From a virus, in the IMG/VR virus record IMGVR_UViG_3300035663_000004, positions 23,524-87,523 of that record: a stretch of DNA of 64,000 nt. One strand, written 5' to 3'. The notes under the pieces were generated by a model. It had not been told where the DNA came from. It did no database searches and saw only the letters and a list, made by a program, of their open reading frames with translations. Made by a program: the position numbers and the translations under genes. Positions 37,796 to 47,714 of this stretch are shown here, in pieces; within the stretch, counting starts at the first letter, position 1, and the number at the start of each line of letters is the position of its first letter.

Positions 37796-37929
37796 AAAGG
37801 TTCGCCGTCGCATAGCGCTAACAATGCCTGTGCGCGCTGGTATGCCTTGAGTCCGGTCGCTGGCTTGGGCTTAGGCGTGCGTGTTTTGGGGCGTTTGGGG
37901 CGGACGGGGGAAAATGGATCGAGTTTCAT
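37792..37929 (-). CDS. 45-aa basic peptide
   Basis: MKLDPFSPVRPKRPKTRTPKPKPATGLKAYQRAQALLALCDGEPF. Confidence 0.4.
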   Translation of the reverse strand: MKLDPFSPVRPKRPKTRTPKPKPATGLKAYQRAQALLALCDGEPF

Positions 37930-37977
37930 AATTCAGAAAAAATGCCCCGGCAAACACAAGTTCGCCGGGGCGTGTTA

Positions 37978-38781
37978 CTATATAAGGTGTTCGTCTACCT
38001 GTTCGGTAGGTTCGTCCGTGTATTCAATATATTCGGCGTCTGTGGCTTCGGTGGCAGGCTTAGCAGCGTTCGCCGTTGTGATTGCGGCGTTAATATCCGC
38101 TGCTGCCTGACGTGACGCCGGGGCTGGCTTCGCCGGGGCTGGTGCTGCGTGCTGGGCGCTAATTGCGGCGTTCAACTGATCAACGACCGGTATAGGCGAA
38201 GAAGGCACGCGCGGCGGCGTAACGTCGTGATATTCGATGTCGTGTACTTCGTCAGCGGTGAGTAGTCCCATCGCTACCTCCGGGGCGTACAGGCGCGAAA
38301 AGAACGCGGCGGCACGGTAACGCAGCATCAAGTCCGGCATTGACTGCCACTTACTGCCTGTCTTGCTGAACCATCCCTCTTTTTTTGCCATCCCAATTGA
38401 AACGGGCGGCCCCTCCAAAATTTCGCCGCTGGCCAAGTCCTTAGCGACGGCGAAACATTGCCGCGCATCACCGTCGCCGGATAACTGAAAGCGGAGCGGG
38501 GAAAACTTGCCTGACGTATTGATACAGGCGATTAGGTACGTCGCTGACCACGACGGCCGGCCGTGTATGATATGCAGGTTCTGCATCACCATCAGCGGTG
38601 ACGTGCCGATGCGGTTCGCCATTTCCAGCGCCACGAGGCAGTTCGCGATGTTGCCTTGGTAGTCCTTTGGCACCATCGTGGTGGTGGACAGCATTTTCGC
38701 CACGCGCTGCCCCTGCTCGAAAGCATCGCCGCTGGCATATACGCTGACGTTTTGCGGCTGGATTGAAAGTTCTTTTTTCAT
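37978..38781 (-). CDS. RecT-like ssDNA annealing protein
   Basis: VP..YQG...NC..A.EMA.R.G.SPLMVMQNL.II.GRPSW; SKW..MP..ML.YRAA.FF.R. Confidence 0.85.
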   Translation of the reverse strand: MKKELSIQPQNVSVYASGDAFEQGQRVAKMLSTTTMVPKDYQGNIANCLVALEMANRIGTSPLMVMQNLHIIHGRPSWSATYLIACINTSGKFSPLRFQLSGDGDARQCFAVAKDLASGEILEGPPVSIGMAKKEGWFSKTGSKWQSMPDLMLRYRAAAFFSRLYAPEVAMGLLTADEVHDIEYHDVTPPRVPSSPIPVVDQLNAAISAQHAAPAPAKPAPASRQAAADINAAITTANAAKPATEATDAEYIEYTDEPTEQVDEHLI

Positions 38782-38808
38782 AATATTGAAAATGTTTTTG
38801 TTGTAAAA

Positions 38809-39663
38809 TCAAAGTTGCTTAAATATATACTCTGGGAGCGCCAACCGCTCTAACTGGTCGGAATACCCCGGCCAAACGCCCGCCTGCAGGCAGTCAAGGT
38901 AGGTGCGAAGGTCGCGCATATATGCCTTGTGACCGAGTTCCAGGGTTCGCTCATCCGCGTAGTAACACGCAACGGCGAAGGGGTATTCCTTTTCCACTAC
39001 GACAAATCCGAAAATCTGCGGAAAATTTCCAGTCGCGTGGTAGAAGCCCTCGGAATAGAAGGCTGCCTGCACATGATAGCGCCACGAAAGCGCGGAGCGG
39101 CCGAACGAATCCGGGCTGGCGTCTGTGGTGGTTTTCAAGTCAATCAGGATATGACCGCTGCCTAACTTCCCGATCCAGTCCGGGCGGCACTTGCACTTCG
39201 CCCCCGTTTCAGGTTCCGTGAATTTCAACGTCTTTTCTGCAACGCCGTCTCTCAACAAGACACTGGCGGCAGGGTGCGCATGTACGGCGTCGCGCATGCG
39301 ACATGCCTTATCGTAATCGTCCGATTCGACAACCGTGCGGCCGTTGAGGCCGTGATTGAACGCCGCCCACCATTCGAGCGCAAATTGCGTTTCTTCGCTT
39401 GGTTTTTTCGCGTTAATCTGCGCAGCCGTCGGACGGCGCGGCGCATCCGGCGGCAGGATAGCGTATTGGCTATCCAGCAGGTGGGGCTGGAGCAGCACGT
39501 CGTTCGTGATCGAGCCGACCACGAAGTGTTTTTTCGGCATTTCGGCCGGTCGGTCGGGGTTAATGTATTTCGCCCAATAATGATACGGGCTTCTGGCAAT
39601 CAAGTCAAGACCGGACTTGCTGATCCGGCTGACGTCGGCGTGGTAATCGTCGCGTGTGAGCAT
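38809..39663 (-). CDS. exodeoxyribonuclease VIII-like PD-(D/E)XK nuclease (DUF3799, RecE-like)
   Basis: YH....ISKSGL; CKCRPD; IDLKTT; YHVQAAFY; VEKE.P. Confidence 0.9.
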   Translation of the reverse strand: MLTRDDYHADVSRISKSGLDLIARSPYHYWAKYINPDRPAEMPKKHFVVGSITNDVLLQPHLLDSQYAILPPDAPRRPTAAQINAKKPSEETQFALEWWAAFNHGLNGRTVVESDDYDKACRMRDAVHAHPAASVLLRDGVAEKTLKFTEPETGAKCKCRPDWIGKLGSGHILIDLKTTTDASPDSFGRSALSWRYHVQAAFYSEGFYHATGNFPQIFGFVVVEKEYPFAVACYYADERTLELGHKAYMRDLRTYLDCLQAGVWPGYSDQLERLALPEYIFKQL

Positions 39664-39715
39664 AATAATAAGGTGTGTGTTAATGGCAATATGCCGGTGA
39701 AAAAAAAATCTTGGG

Positions 39716-39752
39716 CAAAGATACAACGTTTGCGCGAATTTGCGTAACTTTG
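39716..39752. promoter_or_regulatory. overlapping divergent promoters with shared operator
   Basis: TATCTTTG (minus, 39716-39723), TAACTTTG (plus, 39745-39752), TTGCGCGAATTTGCGTAAC between them. Confidence 0.75.
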
Positions 39753-39782
39753 CACCGGATTTTTTTCAAACAAAAATAAAAT

Positions 39783-39977
39783 ATGGACATTATCGAGAAT
39801 CTGAAGGCGCGGTGCAAGGCCGCCGGAACTAACCTCACGCAGTTGTGTATGGACGCGGGCGTTGACCGAAGCGTTGTCGAGCGCTGGAAAAAGGGTACGA
39901 AAACGCTCACGCTGCTGGCACAACTGGAGGCGGCTCTGCAAAAGCGGGAAAAGGAGGTGCGCGATGGTAACGCTTAG
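39783..39977 (+). CDS. Cro-like HTH regulator
   Basis: LTQLCMDAGVDRSVVERWKKG. Confidence 0.8.
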   Translation: MDIIENLKARCKAAGTNLTQLCMDAGVDRSVVERWKKGTKTLTLLAQLEAALQKREKEVRDGNA

Positions 39978-41433
39978 ACCGTACCAACAAACGGCCGTTG
40001 AGCGAATTCGGCAGGCGTATTTACAGGGCGCGCGTTCGCCGCTGCTGGTACTACCCACCGGTGGGGGGAAGACGGTCGTATTTTCGCACATCGCCGCCAC
40101 GTCCAGCGCGCGCGGCAAGCGCATACTGATCCTGGTACATCGCATCGAACTACTCAGGCAGACCGCGAAGGCGCTGCAACGCGCCGGAATCCAGCCGGGG
40201 CTAATTAATCCAGCTTACACTCCGAACTATCGCGCACCGGTGCAGGTAGCGATGGTGCAGACCATGGCGAAGCGAACGCATTATTTTCGGAAAATGCCGT
40301 TCGACCTTATTATTACCGACGAGTGTCACCACGTTGTAAGCAAGACGTACCGGGATATTCTGGCAGAATTTCCGAACGCATATCAATTAGGCGTGACGGC
40401 TACGCCTGTTCGCGGCGACGGGATGGGGCTTGGCGTGACGGCTGGCGGCGTGTACGATACGCTGATTATGGGGCCAACCGTCTCCGAACTCATTGCAGGC
40501 GGCTACCTGGTTAAGCCCGCAATCTATGTGCCGAAAGACAGGGTTGACCTTTCCGGGGTTCGTTCGCGAATGGGGGACTTCGATAAGCACGAACTCGAAA
40601 CGCGCATGGACAAGCCACAGATCACGGGCAACGCCGTCGAACATTACCGCCGCACGTTGAACGGACTGCCTGCCGTTGCCTTTTGCGTTTCGGTGAAACA
40701 CGCGCAGCACGTCGCTGCGGAGTTCCAGGCCGCCGGATATAAGTCGTACGCCGTTGACGGTTCGATGGAAGACGCACAGCGCGCCGCGATATTGAACGGA
40801 CTGGCGACCGGCAGCGTCCAGGTTGTGACGTCATGCGATATTATTAGCGAGGGTACGGATATTCCGGCTATCGCTGGCGCAATCCTGCTCCGCCCTACCC
40901 AGTCAACCGGGCTGTACCTGCAACAGGTCGGGCGGGCGCTGCGCACAATGGAAGGGAAGGAGCGCGCCGTAATATTAGATCACGTCGGCAACGTGCTGAC
41001 CCACGGGCTTCCTGACGAAGATCGGGCATGGAGCCTGGACGGCGAGGAACGGAAAAAGAAAAAGAAAAAGGACGGCGAAGAACCGAACGTGCGCGTGACC
41101 ATGTGCAAGGGCTGTTACGCTGTATTCGAGCCGCATGTGCCTGCGTGTCCTTATTGCGGGCTGGAGGTGCAGGGGAAAGGCCGGCAGGTGAAGCAGGCCG
41201 ACGGCGAACTGCGGGAACTTACCGCCGAAGATCGGCTGCAACTTCGCCGCAATCAGAGCCGGGAGGTAGGGCGCGCGCGAACGCTGGCAGACTTGGAGCG
41301 CATCGAAAAGGAACGCGGATATAAGCGCGGGTGGGCGCGTTATGTTTTTGAATCTCGGCAGAAAAGGGCTGATTTTGCCGACGCGGTTTTCGGGCAGGAC
41401 TGGAACTGGCCGACACTTGGAAAAAAAAGTTGA
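39964..41433 (+). CDS. superfamily II DEAD/DEAH helicase with Zn ribbon
   Basis: LRPYQ; PTGGGKT; DECH; TATP; QQVGRALR; CxxC..CPxCG. Confidence 0.95.
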   Translation: MVTLRPYQQTAVERIRQAYLQGARSPLLVLPTGGGKTVVFSHIAATSSARGKRILILVHRIELLRQTAKALQRAGIQPGLINPAYTPNYRAPVQVAMVQTMAKRTHYFRKMPFDLIITDECHHVVSKTYRDILAEFPNAYQLGVTATPVRGDGMGLGVTAGGVYDTLIMGPTVSELIAGGYLVKPAIYVPKDRVDLSGVRSRMGDFDKHELETRMDKPQITGNAVEHYRRTLNGLPAVAFCVSVKHAQHVAAEFQAAGYKSYAVDGSMEDAQRAAILNGLATGSVQVVTSCDIISEGTDIPAIAGAILLRPTQSTGLYLQQVGRALRTMEGKERAVILDHVGNVLTHGLPDEDRAWSLDGEERKKKKKKDGEEPNVRVTMCKGCYAVFEPHVPACPYCGLEVQGKGRQVKQADGELRELTAEDRLQLRRNQSREVGRARTLADLERIEKERGYKRGWARYVFESRQKRADFADAVFGQDWNWPTLGKKS

Positions 41434-41452
41434 AAAAAAGTTTGCAAAAAAC

Positions 41453-41484
41453 TTGCGCAGATTTGCATAACGTCCGTATCTTTG
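41453..41484 (+). promoter_or_regulatory. moron promoter with operator
   Basis: TTGCGCAGATTTGCATAAC followed by TATCTTTG. Confidence 0.7.
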
Positions 41485-41531
41485 TACGGTAATTGAAACA
41501 ACACATTTTTTACTCTTTAAATTTTTGAGTT

Positions 41532-42224
41532 ATGGCACACGAATTTACCTCTCAATCAGGCCGGGTTTTCACGGCAGAGAAACGCGGCGAAAAATATATC
41601 ATTAACGGTTGCGCCGTGGCAGAAAAGAATTTCTGCTGGTTCGGAGTTAACGGACTGGAAGCAGAAAAGTTGTGCGCCAACATTGGCGCGCCTAAAAACA
41701 CCAGCGTAAAAATCGTTCTGGATCGCGCAGAATTTTCGCGGCTTATGGCTGCGTTTTCTGCCGAACAAGAAGAGTTCTTGTCCAGTCTCCCGACCCAATA
41801 CAGAGTAGAAGATGTATTCGTGAATGCCGATGGGGACATGGTTCCAATTGGAAAGAAAATAACCGAATACAAGGTTGATGAGTCTGGTAACGAGTACGTA
41901 ATTATCGTGCGCGAGTTCAAAAACTTAGTTATGAAGCTCTACGGAACTCCTTATCAACGATATTACGGCAACATGTACAACGGGCCCGACCTTACGTCCC
42001 AAAGGATTCAATTCCCCACATTAGGGGTAGAATTTGGATTCGACCATATTAACTATAATCCGGCAAGCTGGGTCGACAATGACCAGTTTGCCGATGATTA
42101 CCCGGACTTGTCAGGTGAATTTCTAGCTCTGTACCGCAGAGAGAGGTACATAATTCGGTTTCAAAACGGCCGGCCAACGCACTGGCGCACAAATCACGTT
42201 GTCACTTCTTGGCATGCGCGCTAA
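41532..42224 (+). CDS. hypothetical moron protein
   Basis: AT-rich 230-aa ORF with its own promoter. Confidence 0.7.
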   Translation: MAHEFTSQSGRVFTAEKRGEKYIINGCAVAEKNFCWFGVNGLEAEKLCANIGAPKNTSVKIVLDRAEFSRLMAAFSAEQEEFLSSLPTQYRVEDVFVNADGDMVPIGKKITEYKVDESGNEYVIIVREFKNLVMKLYGTPYQRYYGNMYNGPDLTSQRIQFPTLGVEFGFDHINYNPASWVDNDQFADDYPDLSGEFLALYRRERYIIRFQNGRPTHWRTNHVVTSWHAR

Positions 42225-42227
42225 ATT

Positions 42228-42254
42228 CACACACACACACACACACACACACAC
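42228..42254 (+). repeat. (CA)13C microsatellite forming a translation leader
   Basis: Perfect CA run ending 1 nt before ATG 42256. Confidence 0.9.
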
Positions 42255-42255
42255 C

Positions 42256-42513
42256 ATGACACAGCAACAACTCGATGCCGCCGTTCAACTTTCAAACCGA
42301 ATTTCCGAGATCAAACGCCTGCTGCTGGCGTTCGACAAGGGGTTCACGCTGGACGGGACTGGCACTATCGTGCTGCACTCAAACGGCACTTTTTTGGATT
42401 CGTTTGATTTAAAAAATGGCATGCCGAAATTTGCGGAGCAATTTCTGGCCGATTACCGTCGCCACCTGGCCGCGCAACTGAAAGCGGCTGAAATGGAATT
42501 TGAGAACATTTAA
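42256..42513 (+). CDS. hypothetical protein
   Basis: Start MTQQQLDAA. Confidence 0.65.
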   Translation: MTQQQLDAAVQLSNRISEIKRLLLAFDKGFTLDGTGTIVLHSNGTFLDSFDLKNGMPKFAEQFLADYRRHLAAQLKAAEMEFENI

Positions 42514-42561
42514 CATTTTTTTTCTCACGCCCGCTCCGGCTGGGCAAAATTTTTTTTCGAA

Positions 42562-43005
42562 ATGATAAACCAACTTACACTTATCGGCCGCATTGGCGGG
42601 GATCCCGAAATCCGAACGCTTGAGGGCGGCACAACTATTGCCCGCTTTTCCGTGGCCACGTCTGAGTCCTATAAGGACAAGGCCGGGCAATGGCAGGAAA
42701 CTACCGAGTGGCACAACATCGTCGTATGGCGTGAGCTCGCCGAACGCTGCGCCGGGCTGAAAAAAGGCGTACTTGTGTGCATTGTGGGCAAAATAACGTA
42801 TCGCAAATACGAAAAAGACGGCCAACAGCGCACGATTACGGAAGTAGTCGCGTCAACTGTTCGCCGCCTGGAAAAGCAAGACAAACAGGACGGACTGCCG
42901 GAAAATATACCGGTTCCGCCGCCGCCGGGCGCAAGAGCGCCGGAATCGAAACCGCAAACTTTTATCGCGCCGACCGTTGACGACGGAGGCGACTTACCTT
43001 TCTAA
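42562..43005 (+). CDS. ssb: single-stranded DNA-binding protein
   Basis: IN...LIGR.G.DPEIR; FSVATSE; TEWHNIVVW; DLPF tail. Confidence 0.96.
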   Translation: MINQLTLIGRIGGDPEIRTLEGGTTIARFSVATSESYKDKAGQWQETTEWHNIVVWRELAERCAGLKKGVLVCIVGKITYRKYEKDGQQRTITEVVASTVRRLEKQDKQDGLPENIPVPPPPGARAPESKPQTFIAPTVDDGGDLPF

Positions 43006-43007
43006 TT

Positions 43008-43805
43008 ATGAATAAGGAAGTCAAAGGCTGGCTGCTGGTAGCGCTGATTGGAATCGGAATCTGGGTGTACGGTGTTCGCAAATCCACCCGGCCGGGCAAA
43101 CCGCTGGAGGAGGAAAAGATGCACCTGTACCATGCGTATAGCCTATACCCTGACGAAGACCCGGAAGAGGCAGAAGCGCCTGTTATGCAGGTCGAGGCGT
43201 CCGCGTTACCGGTTGAACACGTGCGCGCGCCAAAGCGCAAGGCGAACTTGTGGTACAACGACGACGGCAGCGTAAATTACTTTCGGTGTATTATCATCGA
43301 GAGTAAACGCCGCGAGGCGTTGGGGCGTCCCGGCGCTGAACTTCGCCGGTATAAGGACGGGGGCGAGTGGGCGATCGGGTACGGAAATCACGTCCGGTAT
43401 CTTTCCGAATATTGGAAACGCACCTGCAAACGGCAGGGCTGGAAAGTGACCGAGGCGCAGGCACGGAAAATGATGTACCAGACATTTCACTCATTATGCG
43501 AGCAGATCAAACGCGACCTGCCGAACACCAACCGCCGCCAACAACTGGCGGTAGCTTCGCTGGCGTTCAACTGGGGGTACGGCAACTTGAAGCGCTCCGC
43601 GCTGTGGCGACACTTGAAAGCGGGCCGCACGGGCGACACCGTTACGGCGGCATGGATGCGAACGCAGGTAGCAACGAACAACCACCGAGCAAGCAGAGTA
43701 ATGGAGGCGGCGATGTGGAACGGTATTGACGAAGTGGTTTTGCGGGGCGGCAAATCGGCGCTGAGCGCGCTGCAAAAACGCGGAGATTTTCAACACTATC
43801 AATAG
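43008..43805 (+). CDS. membrane-anchored lysozyme-like protein (GH24-like)
   Basis: N-terminal TM; E...YKDGG.WAIGYG; VTE.QA; Q..A..SLAFN.G.G. Confidence 0.75.
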   Translation: MNKEVKGWLLVALIGIGIWVYGVRKSTRPGKPLEEEKMHLYHAYSLYPDEDPEEAEAPVMQVEASALPVEHVRAPKRKANLWYNDDGSVNYFRCIIIESKRREALGRPGAELRRYKDGGEWAIGYGNHVRYLSEYWKRTCKRQGWKVTEAQARKMMYQTFHSLCEQIKRDLPNTNRRQQLAVASLAFNWGYGNLKRSALWRHLKAGRTGDTVTAAWMRTQVATNNHRASRVMEAAMWNGIDEVVLRGGKSALSALQKRGDFQHYQ

Positions 43806-43913
43806 AATACCATGACAAACAACAACTTTGAGCGCCTTATGAAGGCCTTTTTCCTACTTTCACTTTTCATCACCCTGGCGGCATTTTTTGCCGACCGACA
43901 AAACTAATTTTTC

Positions 43914-44156
43914 ATGGAAAAAATGAACTGGATTACAGACCGCACGCCGTATGAACACGGGTTCTACGCGATTACGGTAGAGCGCCGGGACAAAACCCGC
44001 TTTTTCGGGTACGGATTTTTCGACCCGATTGAAGGCTGGCTGACGGCTAACCGGAAATTTCACCTGGACTTCGATATCATTGCCTGGGCAGTTCCGCCGG
44101 AACCGTATGACGGCCCCATTGTAGAAATTCAAAAACACCTGACCCATGGGCGCTGA
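43914..44156 (+). CDS. hypothetical protein (DUF551-like)
   Basis: NWI..R.P...IIAW..PPEPY. Confidence 0.6.
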   Translation: MEKMNWITDRTPYEHGFYAITVERRDKTRFFGYGFFDPIEGWLTANRKFHLDFDIIAWAVPPEPYDGPIVEIQKHLTHGR

Positions 44157-44352
44157 AAATTTCGGCGTGCTGAAGGCCGCTACCCGAAAATTTGCCGCCA
44201 ACGTCCGCGAAATGCGGGAATGGCAGCGCAAATATTTTGCCGCTCCGAGGGATAGCGCAGAAAAGGCAACCGCGCTGGCAATGGCGAAGAAAAGCGAGCG
44301 AATTGTGGACGAAACGCTGGCAAAAATTGACCAGGTACTTGAAAAGTTATGA
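44146..44352 (+). CDS. hypothetical protein
   Basis: V.EMR..Q.KYF...L..AK..E..VD motif. Confidence 0.65.
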   Translation: MGAENFGVLKAATRKFAANVREMREWQRKYFAAPRDSAEKATALAMAKKSERIVDETLAKIDQVLEKL

Positions 44353-44553
44353 AACAGAGCACAAAAAACGCCTACTTTTGGGCCGCAGTGTACATGTGGG
44401 CCTGCGTCGCGGTCGTGACCGGCAAGATTATCTGCTGGCTGTTCGACGTGCTGACGTTTGCCTGGGATACTTTCACGCTATGAAAAAAGCCGAAACCGTT
44501 ACAGACGTAAACTATTATTTGATCATTATTATTTCACTTATTTTGCTACTTTT

Positions 44554-44955
44554 ATGAAACATACAATTTTTATATTTATTTTCTCCCTCATTTTCAACTT
44601 TTCTGCCCGCGCCCAATATCTGGACATCAGTACGCCGGGCATGGCCACGATCCAGTACGATCACGCGCAGGGTATCGCGTCGTTCGTTTTTCCGATGGAA
44701 GAAATACCGATCGAATGGCCCGCCGAGGTCACGGAGTGCATCGTGCTGCCGGATTATTCGGAGCAGGTTTGTATTGTCTCGGAGAAGTATATTGACGGCG
44801 TGCCGCTGATGTGGGTGTACGCAATCCGGGGCTACGCTGAAATTCATATACCGTCGCTCGGAGCCGTGTACACGACCGGGAATCGCTCGGACGTATTGTT
44901 AGCGCCGAAGCCTAATTGTTACCTGCATTTGATTGAGGCGCACCTAGTTGATTAA
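44554..44955 (+). CDS. secreted hypothetical protein
   Basis: MKHTIFIFIFSLIFNFSARA|Q. Confidence 0.7.
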   Translation: MKHTIFIFIFSLIFNFSARAQYLDISTPGMATIQYDHAQGIASFVFPMEEIPIEWPAEVTECIVLPDYSEQVCIVSEKYIDGVPLMWVYAIRGYAEIHIPSLGAVYTTGNRSDVLLAPKPNCYLHLIEAHLVD

Positions 44956-45002
44956 CCAACGAGCGCCGGGGCGTTGCTACGCCCCGGCGCAAAAATAAAA
45001 TT

Positions 45003-45851
45003 ATGGAAATCAAGAAAATTAAAACGTACACGATCGAAGCGCGGATACCTTACACCCGTTCGCCGGACTGGAATTTTCGCGCGCTACTGCTGTCCGATAT
45101 ACACGTGGACAACCCGAAGTGCGACCGCGACCTGCTGACGCGGCACCTGGAGCAGGCCCGCAAGATAGGAGCGCCGATAATGGTGTTCGGTGACCTGTTC
45201 TGTGCGATGCAGGGAAAGTACGACAAGCGCGCCAACAAATCCGCGCTGCGACCGGAACACCAGGTGAACAACTATCTGGATGCGCTCATAGACACGACGG
45301 CTGATTTTTTCGAGGCCTACAAAGACCTAATATGTTTCATCACGCCTGGCAACCATGAAACCGCAATATTGGGGCGACACGAAACCGACCTGACGGCACG
45401 GCTGGCAGAAAAACTGGGCTGCGAACGCGGGACGTATTCCGGCTGGGTGCTGTGGCGATTTGAGGCGGAAACGGCGTCGCAAACAGGCGGAGGCGTGCGC
45501 ACGATACCAATGTCGTACCACCACGGATACGGCGGCGGCGGGCCGGTGACGAAGGATGTGATTCAGACCAGCCGAAAGGCGGTGTATCTGCCGGACGCGA
45601 AGATCGTGGTAAGCGGTCACACCCACGACAGGTGGATTTTTCCAATATCACGCATACGGCTGAAAGAAAACGGGGAGCAGGTCGCAGACGAACAACTGCA
45701 CGTGAAGTTAGGCAGTTACAAAGACGAATACAATCCCGGCGAAGGCTGGGCAGTTGAAAAGGGTATGCCGCCGAAACCGTTAGGCGGTGTATGGCTTATT
45801 TTTCACTATCACGCACAAGATATTCACTATTCGGCGGAGTTCTGCCGATAA
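45003..45851 (+). CDS. calcineurin-like metallophosphoesterase
   Basis: SDIH, GD, GNHE, HHG, GHTH motifs. Confidence 0.9.
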   Translation: MEIKKIKTYTIEARIPYTRSPDWNFRALLLSDIHVDNPKCDRDLLTRHLEQARKIGAPIMVFGDLFCAMQGKYDKRANKSALRPEHQVNNYLDALIDTTADFFEAYKDLICFITPGNHETAILGRHETDLTARLAEKLGCERGTYSGWVLWRFEAETASQTGGGVRTIPMSYHHGYGGGGPVTKDVIQTSRKAVYLPDAKIVVSGHTHDRWIFPISRIRLKENGEQVADEQLHVKLGSYKDEYNPGEGWAVEKGMPPKPLGGVWLIFHYHAQDIHYSAEFCR

Positions 45852-45949
45852 CACACAATACACACACACAATACAATAAAATAACTTCTTTGTGAACCGG
45901 GATCCGCGTGATGCACGAATTAAGATTTACAAAAAAAAGGATTGAAATC

Positions 45950-46756
45950 ATGGAACAGGAACAAATCAATTACAACGTTAAAATGGATATGCCTTATATG
46001 ATTTCCATGTCAGGCGGTCGCACTTCTGGGATGATGGCGAAAATAATTTGCGACAATATTCCTGAAGATCAAAGGATAGTTTGCTTTGCAAATACCGGCA
46101 AAGAGCATGAAGAAACGCTTTTTTTTGTGCAAAACATTGAAAATAACTTTGGAATTAAAGTGCATTGGCTGGAATACGACGACACGCCCGAAGGCTTCAG
46201 AGTTGTTGATTATGAAACAGCAAGCCGAAACGGCGAACCTTACGCCAAACTTGTAAAAAGGAAAAAATATCTTCCGAATGCCGTTACCCGATACTGTACA
46301 ACAGAGTTAAAAATTAGGCCTATAAAAAAATTTATGCAATCTCTTGGATTTTCCGAGTGGTATAATGCCATTGGCATTCGATACGATGAGCCGAGAAGAT
46401 ACAACCGGCTTGCAAACGCTTTCTCAAAAGAGCCTTATGAATCTATTGCCCCGCTTTATGACATGCGCATAACAAAGCCGATGGTTTTAAATTTTTGGGC
46501 CAAGCAGTCTTTTGACTTGAATATTCCGAATTATTTAGGGAATTGCGATATGTGTTTTTTAAAAAGTCGGGCTAAATTGAAAGAAATAATTAAAAAGGAG
46601 CCGAATCGGGTAAGATGGTGGGTTGAGCAAGAAAATGCGACTGGTGCAACGTTTAGGAACGGCTTGTCTTATGAGCGGCTTGTATATATGGTTAAAACGG
46701 CACCAGAGCTATTTAATTCAGATTTAGAAATTGAATGTTTTTGCACAACAGATTAA
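45950..46756 (+). CDS. PAPS-reductase-family (PP-loop) protein
   Basis: SMSGGRTS; FANTGKE; R.CT.ELKI; GIR.DE..R; GNCDMCFLK. Confidence 0.88.
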   Translation: MEQEQINYNVKMDMPYMISMSGGRTSGMMAKIICDNIPEDQRIVCFANTGKEHEETLFFVQNIENNFGIKVHWLEYDDTPEGFRVVDYETASRNGEPYAKLVKRKKYLPNAVTRYCTTELKIRPIKKFMQSLGFSEWYNAIGIRYDEPRRYNRLANAFSKEPYESIAPLYDMRITKPMVLNFWAKQSFDLNIPNYLGNCDMCFLKSRAKLKEIIKKEPNRVRWWVEQENATGATFRNGLSYERLVYMVKTAPELFNSDLEIECFCTTD

Positions 46757-46770
46757 AAACACATAAACAC

Positions 46771-47304
46771 ATGATACTCGGAATAACCGGCAAAGCCGGA
46801 CACGGAAAAAATACGGTCGCCAATATTTTGCGCGAAATTTGCCCGCAGATGGACTGGCAGATCGTGGCGTACGCCGATAAGTTGAAAAAGGTATACGAAA
46901 TAATCACGGGCGAACAAGTCCAGGACACGCCCGAATGGAAGGCGAAAATTGTGGAGCCGTGGGGCATTACCAGACGGCAGATGTTTCAACGAATCGGCAC
47001 GGAAGCCCTGCGCAATAACTTACACCAGGACGTTTGGGTGCGGGCGCTGTTCGCCGGACTGGATCCGGAGCGCAATTACATTATTACAGACGTCAGGTTC
47101 CCGAACGAAGCGAGCGCAATCCGAGCGGGCGGAGGTAAGGTTATCCGCGTGGTTCGGCACGGGTACGACAACGGCACGCCGAATCACGCAAGCGAGACGG
47201 CGCTGGACGATTGGTACTTCGATACGATACACAACGGCCCGCACTCGCTGAACTTTGTGCGCGAACAGGTCGAATTATTGGCGTTACATAATGATTGGTT
47301 ATGA
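46771..47304 (+). CDS. deoxynucleoside monophosphate kinase
   Basis: GITGKAGHGK; R...Q.IGTE..R; ITDVRFPNE; HASE. Confidence 0.92.
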   Translation: MILGITGKAGHGKNTVANILREICPQMDWQIVAYADKLKKVYEIITGEQVQDTPEWKAKIVEPWGITRRQMFQRIGTEALRNNLHQDVWVRALFAGLDPERNYIITDVRFPNEASAIRAGGGKVIRVVRHGYDNGTPNHASETALDDWYFDTIHNGPHSLNFVREQVELLALHNDWL

Positions 47305-47687
47305 CCGAAACCAACACTCTACGCGCAATCCTGCTCGCAGCGGCAAAACGCCTGCCCCACGTCCGCCTGTTCCGAAACAACGTCGGTATGGGGTGGGCCG
47401 GGAGGCTAATACATAGAACGGAGGCCGGAACCGTCGCACTTCATGGAGCAAGGCCGTTGCACGCCGGGCTGTGCGAGGGCAGTAGCGACCTGATCGGCTG
47501 GACTACGTTGGAGATCACGCCGGACATGGTCGGGCGCAAGGTCGCTGTTTTCACAGCCGTCGAAGTGAAAGTGCCGGGGAAAAAACCGACGGCCGAACAA
47601 ATTAACTTCATTACGCAGGTACGGACGGCGGGCGGTATTGCGGAGGTGCTGACGGATGCGGAGCAGGTAGGCGTGTTACATTTTTAA
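47301..47687 (+). CDS. VRR-NUC domain nuclease
   Basis: LFRNNVG; GSSDLIG; F.AVEVK; T.EQ..F. Confidence 0.9.
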   Translation: MTETNTLRAILLAAAKRLPHVRLFRNNVGMGWAGRLIHRTEAGTVALHGARPLHAGLCEGSSDLIGWTTLEITPDMVGRKVAVFTAVEVKVPGKKPTAEQINFITQVRTAGGIAEVLTDAEQVGVLHF

Positions 47688-47714
47688 CTTTTAACGCATA
47701 TTTAATATTTTAAT

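Noticed and set aside
42199-42255. THTHTH N-terminal extension in the ORF track
   Set aside because: It is translation of the CA tract; the ATG at 42256 is the better start.
45950-46756. Dnd/Ssp phosphorothioation system
   Set aside because: Only a lone PAPS-reductase-like gene; no cysteine desulfurase or DndD/DndE partners.
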